From Deltaproteobacteria bacterium (GTDB lineage: Bacteria > Desulfobacterota > GWC2-55-46), in NCBI GenBank assembly GCA_016182655.1, contig JACPGB010000016.1, positions 3,224 through 67,223 of the forward strand: a stretch of DNA of 64,000 bases. The letters are read 5' to 3'. The notes under the pieces were generated by a model. That model made no database searches. It was given only the letters and a program-made list of their open reading frames with translations, and was not told the origin of the DNA. Shown piece by piece: positions 46,123-54,127 of this stretch; positions within the stretch are counted from its first letter, which is position 1; every line of letters starts with the position of its first letter. A program made the translations under genes and the position numbers.

Positions 46123-47157
46123 TTATCCCGTGTGCCTGTAAAGGAGCGCGCCCAGGGCCCTGAGTACCGGCATGGGGAGGACTTTGAAAGGCCTGTATGA
46201 TGGCGAGACCGCCTCCTTGCCCGTGACGAAGCACATCTTCCTAAGGTCGTACCTGTAGTAATACAGGGGCTCCGCTTTCGCGCCCCATCCGGACTTGAGC
46301 TGAAGGAGCCCGGCATTTGTCCGCTCGGTCCTTCCGAAGGAGAGAGAGACAACGCCGTCGTCCCTGAGGCGCCTTATCGCCTCCCACATGATGAGGTAGC
46401 TCGCCCTCGTCTCGTCCGCGCCTTTTAAGGACGCGCCGTACTTGTAGACGGCCTTTTGCCCTGAAGAAAGGAAGACAGAGGCCGACAAGACAGCCCCGTC
46501 CTTGCAGGCGAGGCTTACAAAACCCTTGCCTCTGGATATGACGCTCTTCTGCAGGGACCTGAAAAACGAACGGGGCTGGGGCGGGAGGCCTTTTCTTTTT
46601 CTTGAAAGGCAGTTGAGCCTGTAGAACTCGTCCATCGCTTCAGCCGATCGCTCGACCTTCGTCCTTAAATTGCAAGAGATCGCCGCCTTTTTGATATTCC
46701 TGCCGGTCGAATCGCGAAACGATCTCAGTAGCTCGTCGTCGCTTTTCCCGATATCCGTTTCGTGGTGGAGGTATGACGAGTACGATGAATGCGCGTCCTT
46801 GAACCCGTCCCTGAACTCGATGCGCCTCCAGCCGCGCTTGAGCCCGTAAGACCTGATCATCGAGAGGAACTCCCCCGCTTCAGCCGGGTCTTCGAGAAGG
46901 GCAGGGGAGAGGTCGGTAAAAGGGAGGCAGACCCCGCGAGCGCCGGTCACAAGGCTCCTGACCTCCATAAGCGGAACGACGCTTTTTATCGAGCCGTTGT
47001 CTAATCGCGTAAAATAGAGCGGGGTGAAACCGTATGCCTCGATGAGCGCCCTTGCCCACCCTGAGGTATGAAAGGGAGAGAAGTCCTTGAACCCGTAGAG
47101 CCGCTTATCCCAGTCAGGGACTTTCGTAGGGTCGAGGACGGAAATATTCCCGTTCAT
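46123..47157 (-). CDS. FemAB-like GNAT protein
   Basis: PFH..W, LPFTD, RNIKKA, FGRT...GL...KSGWGA. Confidence 0.8.
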   Translation of the reverse strand: MNGNISVLDPTKVPDWDKRLYGFKDFSPFHTSGWARALIEAYGFTPLYFTRLDNGSIKSVVPLMEVRSLVTGARGVCLPFTDLSPALLEDPAEAGEFLSMIRSYGLKRGWRRIEFRDGFKDAHSSYSSYLHHETDIGKSDDELLRSFRDSTGRNIKKAAISCNLRTKVERSAEAMDEFYRLNCLSRKRKGLPPQPRSFFRSLQKSVISRGKGFVSLACKDGAVLSASVFLSSGQKAVYKYGASLKGADETRASYLIMWEAIRRLRDDGVVSLSFGRTERTNAGLLQLKSGWGAKAEPLYYYRYDLRKMCFVTGKEAVSPSYRPFKVLPMPVLRALGALLYRHTG

Positions 47158-47158
47158 C

Positions 47159-48385
47159 TCAGGGCGTCTGGCCCGTAAGGCTTCTTTTGGCGGAAACGCG
47201 GTCCTCCGCCAAAAAACACCCTATCGCTTCAGCTACCTTCCTGACTTGACCCTCCGAAAGCCCCGGGAACATGGGGAGAGAGAGCCCTTCCTTTGCGGAA
47301 TTTTCGGCTACGGGAAACGAGCCGGCCTTGTACCCGAGCTTCGTATACGCCTTCTGGAGATGGAGGGGCAGGGGGTAGTGGAGCCCTGTTGCGATGCCGG
47401 CATCAGAGAGATGTAGCTTGAGCGCGTCCCGTGACTTTGAGCGTATGACGTAAAGGTGATAGACGGATTCGGACCACTCAGGCTCGAAAGGAACGGTAAT
47501 GCCGTCGATGCCGCTTAAAAGGCTGTTGTAAAGAGAGGCGACGGACCTCCTCTGCCGGTTCCATTCCGGGAGGCGCTTGAGCTTGATGCTCAGGATCGCG
47601 GCCTGTATGGCGTCGAGCCTGCCGTTACAGCCTTCCAACTCGTGGAAGTACTTCTCCCTCTGCCCGTGGTCGCGTATCATCCGGGCCTTTTTCGCCAGAT
47701 CCGCGTTCGAGGTCGTTATTGCTCCGGCCTCTCCGCAGGCCCCGAGGTTTTTGCCCGGATAGAAGCTGAAGGCCCCGGCGAGCCCCATCGAGCCCGCGCC
47801 CATCTTCATGTCGAAACGCTTCGAGGCGTAAAGGGCGCCGTGCGCCTGGCAGGCGTCCTCGATGACTATCAGGCCGTTCTCGTCCGCGATCGCCATTATC
47901 TCGTCCATGTCGCACATCTGGCCGTAGAGGTGGACGGGTATTACGGCCGCCACGCGCCTGCCGGTCTTTTTATCGAAGAGGTGCCCGTCTACCTTGAGGC
48001 ACTCGCGCTCGACGTATCCACGGAGCGCTTGCGCGTCCATGTTCGACGTCCTCTCGTCGACGTCCACGAACGCCGGTAGAGCCCCGGCCTGGGAGATAGC
48101 CTCCGTAGTTGCTATGAAGGTGTTGGGTACGGTTATCACCAAGTCGTTCGTCGTCACGCCCGCGGCAATGAGCGCTATTTTAAGCGCGTCGGTGCCGCTG
48201 GCCACGCCGACCGCGTACTTTGAGCCGGTGAACTCGGCGAAAGCCGCCTCGAACTCATCGAGCGCCTCTCCGCCTATGAACGCGGCCTTCCCGAGCGCCG
48301 CCCTTATCGCCTCGATTATCTCTCCCTCAAGCTCCCTGTGCTGGCCTATGAGGTCGAGAAACGGGATCATTGCTCCGTTATTCAT
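47159..48385 (-). CDS. DegT/DnrJ sugar aminotransferase (WbpE-like)
   Basis: SGTDAL, PVHLYGQ, EDACQAHG, SFYPGKNLG. Confidence 0.93.
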   Translation of the reverse strand: MNNGAMIPFLDLIGQHRELEGEIIEAIRAALGKAAFIGGEALDEFEAAFAEFTGSKYAVGVASGTDALKIALIAAGVTTNDLVITVPNTFIATTEAISQAGALPAFVDVDERTSNMDAQALRGYVERECLKVDGHLFDKKTGRRVAAVIPVHLYGQMCDMDEIMAIADENGLIVIEDACQAHGALYASKRFDMKMGAGSMGLAGAFSFYPGKNLGACGEAGAITTSNADLAKKARMIRDHGQREKYFHELEGCNGRLDAIQAAILSIKLKRLPEWNRQRRSVASLYNSLLSGIDGITVPFEPEWSESVYHLYVIRSKSRDALKLHLSDAGIATGLHYPLPLHLQKAYTKLGYKAGSFPVAENSAKEGLSLPMFPGLSEGQVRKVAEAIGCFLAEDRVSAKRSLTGQTP

Positions 48386-48887
48386 TGTTGACGCTCCTTA
48401 TGACCTTCGCCGGGTTCCCGGCTACTATCGTCCCCGGAGGGACGTCTTTCGTCACGATCGAGCCCGCGCCTATTATGGAGCTCTCGCCAATGGTGACGTT
48501 CGCGAGAATCGTAGCCCCCGACCCTATCGACGCGCCTTTTTTGACGAGCGTGGGCTCTACGGTCCAGTCGGCTTCGGTCTGCATCCCGCCGCCCCTTGTC
48601 GTCGCCCTCGGATAAGTGTCGTTTATAAAGGTGACGCCGTGGCCGATAAAGACCTCGTCCTCGATGTTCACGCCCTCGCATATGAACGAATGACTCTGTA
48701 TCTTGCAGTCGCACCCGACGACGGCGTTCTTCTGGATCTCGACGAAAGCGCCTATCTTCGTCCTCGCCCCGATGGTGCAACCGTAGAGGTTCACGAAGTT
48801 CCCGAGCCTGACGTTCTCTCCGAGCTTGACGTCGTCGGAGACGAGCGTATACCTTTCAAGAGGCCTTTCGATGGTCGTCTCTTTCAT
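48378..48887 (-). CDS. hexapeptide-repeat N-acetyltransferase (WbpD-like)
   Basis: left-handed beta-helix hexapeptides, FIND..PR, AGNPAK. Confidence 0.9.
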   Translation of the reverse strand: MKETTIERPLERYTLVSDDVKLGENVRLGNFVNLYGCTIGARTKIGAFVEIQKNAVVGCDCKIQSHSFICEGVNIEDEVFIGHGVTFINDTYPRATTRGGGMQTEADWTVEPTLVKKGASIGSGATILANVTIGESSIIGAGSIVTKDVPPGTIVAGNPAKVIRSVNNE

Positions 48888-49891
48888 ATCTCCACCATTT
48901 TGCCGTTGTTTTTAACGGATTCGTCGCACGCCTCCAGCATCCTTACGACCCTTAAGCCCGCGTGCCCGTCGTTGAAAGGCGTCTTTCCGTCCCTGACGCA
49001 TTCGATGAAGTATTGCGTCTCGTTCCGCAGAGCCTCGTTCTGGTCGACCTTCGGGGCCCACATGTCGCCGGAGCGGTAGTTGACGAGGAGGTCGTAGATG
49101 CCTTCGCTCGACGTTATCTCCACGCCCCTGTCGTAGACCTTTATCTTCTCGTCAGCGTTCACGTCGTTCCAGACGAGCATCTTTCTCTCTCCTCCGATGA
49201 GAGTGGTGCGAAGCTTAACCGGGGAAAGCCAGTTGACGTTTATGTGCGCTATGACGTTCCTCTCGAAGTAGACCATTATGTAGGCGATGTCTTCCCGGGA
49301 GTTTATGTGGGCGCGGCCGGTGGCCGCGACGGCGAGCGGTTTGAGCCTTATGAGGTAGTCCATTATAGAGAAGTCGTGCGGGGCGAGGTCCCATATGACG
49401 TTCACGTCGTGCTGGAAGAGCCCCAGGTTCACGCGCGTGGAGTCGTAGTAATAAAGGTCGCCGAGGACGTTCCCGTCGATTATCTCCCTTATCTTCCTGA
49501 CGGCGCTCGTAAAGAGGAACGTGTGGTCGACCATTATCCGGAGGTTTTTCTTCTCGGCGAGCTCTATGAGCTCCTCTGCCTGGGCGGCGGTCGAGGTGAA
49601 CGGCTTTTCCACGAAAACGTGCTTGCCGTTCAGAAGCGCCTCTTTCGCGATAGCGTAGTGCGTCGAGACGGGAGTGATGACGGTGACTATGTCTATTTCC
49701 GGGGACGCCGTGATGTCGCGGCTCTCTTCGGTCACTGTGAGGCCCGGGTAGTTCTTTCTCGCGCGTGCGAGGGACGACGCGCTCCTGTCGCATATGGCGG
49801 TCACGCAAGCGCCCTCGGCGAACCCGAAGTTCCTGACTATGTTAGGCCCCCAGTACCCGTACCCTATTACGCCGATCCGTAGCATGCTCAC
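48884..49891 (-). CDS. Gfo/Idh/MocA oxidoreductase (WbpB-like)
   Basis: GYGYWG, HVFVEKP, WDLAPHD. Confidence 0.9.
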   Translation of the reverse strand: MSMLRIGVIGYGYWGPNIVRNFGFAEGACVTAICDRSASSLARARKNYPGLTVTEESRDITASPEIDIVTVITPVSTHYAIAKEALLNGKHVFVEKPFTSTAAQAEELIELAEKKNLRIMVDHTFLFTSAVRKIREIIDGNVLGDLYYYDSTRVNLGLFQHDVNVIWDLAPHDFSIMDYLIRLKPLAVAATGRAHINSREDIAYIMVYFERNVIAHINVNWLSPVKLRTTLIGGERKMLVWNDVNADEKIKVYDRGVEITSSEGIYDLLVNYRSGDMWAPKVDQNEALRNETQYFIECVRDGKTPFNDGHAGLRVVRMLEACDESVKNNGKMVEI

Positions 49892-49903
49892 CCCTTTTTT
49901 TGT

Positions 49904-51046
49904 TCAATACGCGCCGCGGCTCGTGATAAGAGCCCACGGGGTCTTTACGATGAGTTTGATATCGAACCACAGGCTCTTCTCCTGAAGATACCGGATGTCC
50001 ATCCGCACCATCTCGTTGAAAGTCGTCCTTGAGCGGCCCTCCACCTGCCAGAGGCCGGTTATTCCAGGCTTGGGCTCAAGGTATCGCCTCCTGTGCCAGC
50101 TGTCGTAGCTTTCAAGCTCGTACGGGATGGGGGGGCGCGGGCCGACGAGCGACATGTCGCCCTTGAGCACGTTGATGAACTGCGGCAGTTCGTCGAGGCT
50201 CGTCTTCCGGAGCAACCTCCCGATCCGCGTTATCCTCGGGTCGTCCATTATCTTGTATACGCCCGGAGAGCCCTTGTACGCCTTCTCCTCGAGGATGAGT
50301 TTCCTTACGTACTCCATATGGACCTTCTCGTCGTTGCCGATGTGCATGGAGCGGAACTTGAGGAACGTGAACGGGCGGCCGAGCCTGCCGATCCTCTTTT
50401 GCCTGAAGAGCACCGGCCCTTTGGACGAGAGCCTTATGAGGAGCGGAATAAGGATAAAAAACGGGGAAAACAGCAGGATCGCGAAAAGCGCCCCGATGAC
50501 GTCGATCACTCTTTTAAACGCGAGATACACCCTTGACGGGGTCTTTTTTTTTTCAAGCTCCGGGTAGAGCGTAAGGTCTATGGCGTCGGCCTTTTCCTCC
50601 GGGAAGATATGGAACGTCACGAGGGCGTTCCTTTCGGGGCCGGACCCTTCGGGTGAGACGGCCTCCCTGACGGCGCGCTCGACCTTGTCTTTAAGCGCGG
50701 GTTCGTCGCATGCGCCGATGCCGGTGAAGATGACCCCGAGGAGCATGTTGTGCCTGTACCAGCCGATTGCGTCGGTCTCGCGGACCGAGGCCTTAAGGGC
50801 ATGCGCGGCCGAGCGCACGGCGTCCTTCGCCCCCGCTCCGTAATGCAGCCCGCTGACGTCGACGAGGGCGAGCGCGAACGGCTTTTTCGACCTCTCGGAG
50901 CGCCTTCTTTCGATGTATATCATCTCGTGGAAGAAGTCCTCTATCAGCACCCCGTTTTCGGTGTCGGAGAGAAAGTCCGTGCATGCGAACCTGTAAAGGT
51001 TCCTCTTGAAAACTCCACGCGCGCCCTGAAGCCATGAATTACGCAT
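49904..51046 (-). CDS. priming polyprenyl glycosylphosphotransferase with N-terminal degenerate GGDEF-like domain
   Basis: KRVIDV, KFRSM, DPRIT, SLDELPQ, SLVGPRP, KPGITGLWQV; N-terminal ERRRSER...FALALVDV...RETDAIGWY. Confidence 0.88.
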   Translation of the reverse strand: MRNSWLQGARGVFKRNLYRFACTDFLSDTENGVLIEDFFHEMIYIERRRSERSKKPFALALVDVSGLHYGAGAKDAVRSAAHALKASVRETDAIGWYRHNMLLGVIFTGIGACDEPALKDKVERAVREAVSPEGSGPERNALVTFHIFPEEKADAIDLTLYPELEKKKTPSRVYLAFKRVIDVIGALFAILLFSPFFILIPLLIRLSSKGPVLFRQKRIGRLGRPFTFLKFRSMHIGNDEKVHMEYVRKLILEEKAYKGSPGVYKIMDDPRITRIGRLLRKTSLDELPQFINVLKGDMSLVGPRPPIPYELESYDSWHRRRYLEPKPGITGLWQVEGRSRTTFNEMVRMDIRYLQEKSLWFDIKLIVKTPWALITSRGAY

Positions 51047-51090
51047 AGGAGGCCCCCTTTGTTCCGGTGAAAGGCTTGCTACCCCCCGGG

Positions 51091-51102
51091 CAGGCTACCG
51101 CC
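51091..51102 (-). promoter_or_regulatory. ops element (RfaH loading site)
   Basis: GGCGGTAGCCTG matches GGCGGTAGnnTG; degenerate copy GGGGGTAGCAAG at 51075-51086. Confidence 0.8.
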
Positions 51103-51161
51103 GTTCGAGTGTCCATGGCACCCGCCGGATAAAAAATATCGGAAACTGGCAAGCCTTAAGG

Positions 51162-51653
51162 TTAAAAGGAGCGCTGGAGCAGGCTCCCGTCCACTACCAT
51201 CCTGATGTTCATAGACTTTAAAAGAACGCTTACGCGCTCCATGCCGTTCAACTCTTTCTCGAATACCGCCGAGAGCCCCTCGAAGGGCCCGGCGAGGATT
51301 GTGACCTCCTCGCCGGGCCTGAAGGCGGGCTTTACGCTTATGACGCCGTTGTCCATCCTGGCCGTGATGGACTCTATGATCCTCTCGTCGACCTCAGCGG
51401 GCCCGCTGTCGTTGCCAAGGACCCGCTTTATCCCGCGCGTGTACCTGATGAGGTGATAATCGCGGTGCTTGTCGAAGCTCACAAAAAGGTAGCAGGGGAA
51501 GAGCGGGGAAGTGACCTCCGAGATCCGGCCCCTTGAAAACTTGCGCTCGGATATCTTCGCGTTAAGCGTCTGAAAACCGGCGTCCGAGAGCCTGCCGGAG
51601 ACCATCTCCTCGTGTTTCGGTTTCGTGTATACGAGGAACCAACTCCTCATCAA
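51162..51653 (-). CDS. rfaH: RfaH-like NusG paralogue (antiterminator)
   Basis: SWFLVYTKP, PLFPCYLFV, YTRG, KOW motif GEEVTILAGPFEG. Confidence 0.8.
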   Translation of the reverse strand: MMRSWFLVYTKPKHEEMVSGRLSDAGFQTLNAKISERKFSRGRISEVTSPLFPCYLFVSFDKHRDYHLIRYTRGIKRVLGNDSGPAEVDERIIESITARMDNGVISVKPAFRPGEEVTILAGPFEGLSAVFEKELNGMERVSVLLKSMNIRMVVDGSLLQRSF

Positions 51654-51740
51654 TGCCTCCGGTAAAATAAGAAAAATACGGATCGCGCCGCTATTCGGCC
51701 GTTATCGGATTATCGCGCTCGTGTGGTCTTTTTGTCCGGC

Positions 51741-52043
51741 TTACAGGGGATGCAGGGCCAGGAGCGAGCCTGCCGGCACGGCGCTCGCGCGGGCTGAAAG
51801 CGCGGCCGCTCCGGTCCCTGACGGGCATCCGCGCCTCTTGAGGCCGGGTATGCCGGAACCGGCCATGGCAACGATGGCGGAGGCGAGGACTATGAGACGG
51901 TAATAGCGGGTCTTGTCGAAGTCCGCGAGAAGAACGCCCGCGACGAGCGAGACCGCGAGCGCGCACATGGATGAGAGCGCGAGTGTTTCGGAGATCGTCT
52001 CCAGCGAGGGGGTCGAAATGCCTCTAAGGCTACTGCTTGTCAT
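51741..52043 (-). CDS. small hypothetical membrane protein or gene remnant
   Basis: AAAGGAG RBS, two hydrophobic segments, low-complexity tail. Confidence 0.35.
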   Translation of the reverse strand: MTSSSLRGISTPSLETISETLALSSMCALAVSLVAGVLLADFDKTRYYRLIVLASAIVAMAGSGIPGLKRRGCPSGTGAAALSARASAVPAGSLLALHPL

Positions 52044-52070
52044 GGCCGCTCCTTTGCGTATGCCTGCAGG

Positions 52071-53084
52071 CTAATAGTAGTACTTGTTCATGTGTATGCT
52101 GTCCGCGCAGTTGAGCACTATGCCGAGGAGGTTGTCTTTCGGGAGCGACCGCACGGCCTTCTTCACGATGTCCTTGGGTGTCGCGCCCGCCTTCACGACA
52201 AGGAGCATCCCGTCCACGCACTTCGAGAGAATGCTTACGTCGACGAGCGGGAAGATCGGGGGCGAGTCGACTATCACGTAGTCGAAGTCCTCCTTGGATC
52301 TTGAGAGGACCGACCTCATGCCGGGCGAGTCGAGCAGGAGCGACGAGTTTTTTACGCTGCACCTTGCCGGGAGGAAGTGGAGGTTAGTGTCCTCGAGCCT
52401 GTTTATCGCCGACCTTATGTCGGCGTCGCCCTTGAGCACGTCGATGAGCCCGTGGAGCCTGCCCATGTTCAGGTACTCGCTCGATATCGACGGGTTCCTG
52501 AAGTCGCTCTCTATTACGAGGACTTTTTTCTTGAACTCGGTCGCCATGATAAAGGCGAGGTTCATGGCCGTCGTCGTCTTGCCCTCTCCCTTGACCGCGC
52601 TCGTGACGGCGATGGATTTTACCGACCCCTTGAGGCAGATCTGCTCGAGCCTGTTGAAGAGTATCCTGAACTTCTCGGTCGCCATCTGGTCCTGCTCGGC
52701 CACGCTCAACGCTCGCCTGAGCGTGATCCTGTCCTTGAAGGCGTCCACCTCCGAGTACTCCTCGAAGGCGTCCCTTCCGGCGTTGATGGAGCCCGAGTCC
52801 CATTCCCTCGACGGCGCGGTCCTCTCTTTCCTCAGGCTCTCGTCATAGCTCTTTCTTTTCGCAGGGTCCGAGAGAGTGTTGTAGATGTCCGAGAGCTCCA
52901 GGAGCTTCTGTTTTCTTTCCTCTCCGGAGTAGAGGGAGTAGAGCGCAACGGATTCGTCCGAGTATACGGACTTGGCCTTTCGGTACGCGCGCTCTATCTC
53001 GTCCGTCGTCGCGTCCTGCCTGACTTCGAACGTCTCGTAGTAGCTTCTTACGCCGTTGTTCGCCGTCGCCTTTTCCTTTTTCAC
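52071..53084 (-). CDS. J-like domain fused to a BY-kinase (CpsD/CapB-type tyrosine autokinase)
   Basis: YYETFEV...EIERAYRK...YNTLSDPAKRKSYD; TSAVKGEGKTT, ESDFRNP, IVDSPP, terminal KYYY. Confidence 0.85.
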   Translation of the reverse strand: MKKEKATANNGVRSYYETFEVRQDATTDEIERAYRKAKSVYSDESVALYSLYSGEERKQKLLELSDIYNTLSDPAKRKSYDESLRKERTAPSREWDSGSINAGRDAFEEYSEVDAFKDRITLRRALSVAEQDQMATEKFRILFNRLEQICLKGSVKSIAVTSAVKGEGKTTTAMNLAFIMATEFKKKVLVIESDFRNPSISSEYLNMGRLHGLIDVLKGDADIRSAINRLEDTNLHFLPARCSVKNSSLLLDSPGMRSVLSRSKEDFDYVIVDSPPIFPLVDVSILSKCVDGMLLVVKAGATPKDIVKKAVRSLPKDNLLGIVLNCADSIHMNKYYY

Positions 53085-54127
53085 TGTAGCGCCCCCGCGG
53101 GCTCACGTGACACGCCCTTTTTAAGTATTTCGTTCAGGCACGACTCTATGGACCTCGCCGCCCTGGTCTCCGGGTAGTGGACGAGGAGGGGGCGGCGGAG
53201 CCTGATCGATTCCGCGACCGACTCCTCGTATCCGATGGAGCCGAGATAGCAGATGTTGACGCCGAAGTAATCCGAGCAGGCCCTTCTTATTGAGTTTCCT
53301 ATCTCTCCGTCCTCGGGTCTGCGCGCCTGGTTGACTATCATCGAGATATTGGTCGCCCCTATGTACTCGCGGAGCATCGAGCCCTGGGATGAGTCCAGCT
53401 GTTCGAGAGAGCCGAGTATGTCGGATACGGTCTTCACCCGCTGAGTCCATTTTTCGCTGAATATCCTCTGGAGCATGTCCTTCAACTGCCCGTCCTCCTG
53501 CTGGTCGGCCACGGTCTTGATCTTCCGGAGGAACAGGCACTTCAGATACCTGTAGTTGTTCTCTATGGCTGTCGGCTCCGGGGTCGAGAGTATTATCCCC
53601 TCGCTCGCCATGAGGAATATGTCGAGGAGGTTGGACGAGGTGCCGGGCCCGATGTCGAGTATGATGTTGTCGTACTCGAGATTCCTTAGCGCTTCCTTGA
53701 GGCGCGCCACCTTTGCGGTCGAGATGTCGGCTATGTCGAGAGAGTCCTTTGCGCCGCTTATGAGGTCGAGCCCCGGGACGGACGTCTTGACCACGAGAGA
53801 ACGGATGTCGGAGACCTCCTCCTTTAAAAAGCTCGAGAGAGCGAGCCTGCCTCCGTCGACCCCGAGGAAGGTATGGAGGTTGGCGGCGCCGAGGTCCGCG
53901 TCTACGAGGAGCACGTCCTTGCCCTGCTTCGCGAGCAGTATGCCGAGATTCGAGGCTATGAGGCTTTTCCCGACGCCGCCCTTGCCGCCGCCCACGGCCC
54001 ATATCGCGGGCCCGTAGAAGCTTACATGGGGGAGGGGCTTGAAACTGTACGTCTTGCCCGCCGCTTCGGCGTCGAGCTCCCTGTCCCTGAAGAGCTTCTT
54101 TATCCAGTCGAAGTTGAACACGGTCAT
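53081..54127 (-). CDS. MinD/FlhG (FleN)-like P-loop ATPase
   Basis: GGGKGGVGKS, VDADLGAANLH, ILDIGPG, TPEPTAIEN. Confidence 0.88.
   Translation of the reverse strand: MTVFNFDWIKKLFRDRELDAEAAGKTYSFKPLPHVSFYGPAIWAVGGGKGGVGKSLIASNLGILLAKQGKDVLLVDADLGAANLHTFLGVDGGRLALSSFLKEEVSDIRSLVVKTSVPGLDLISGAKDSLDIADISTAKVARLKEALRNLEYDNIILDIGPGTSSNLLDIFLMASEGIILSTPEPTAIENNYRYLKCLFLRKIKTVADQQEDGQLKDMLQRIFSEKWTQRVKTVSDILGSLEQLDSSQGSMLREYIGATNISMIVNQARRPEDGEIGNSIRRACSDYFGVNICYLGSIGYEESVAESIRLRRPLLVHYPETRAARSIESCLNEILKKGVSREPAGALQ

Noticed and set aside
51115..51160. sigma-54 promoters at TGGCAC/TGGCAA
   Set aside because: Wrong strand for the operon and no TTGC at -12
53081..54127. Flagellar flhG or cell-division minD locus
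   Set aside because: No flhF, fliA, minC or minE nearby; gene is coupled to EPS export genes
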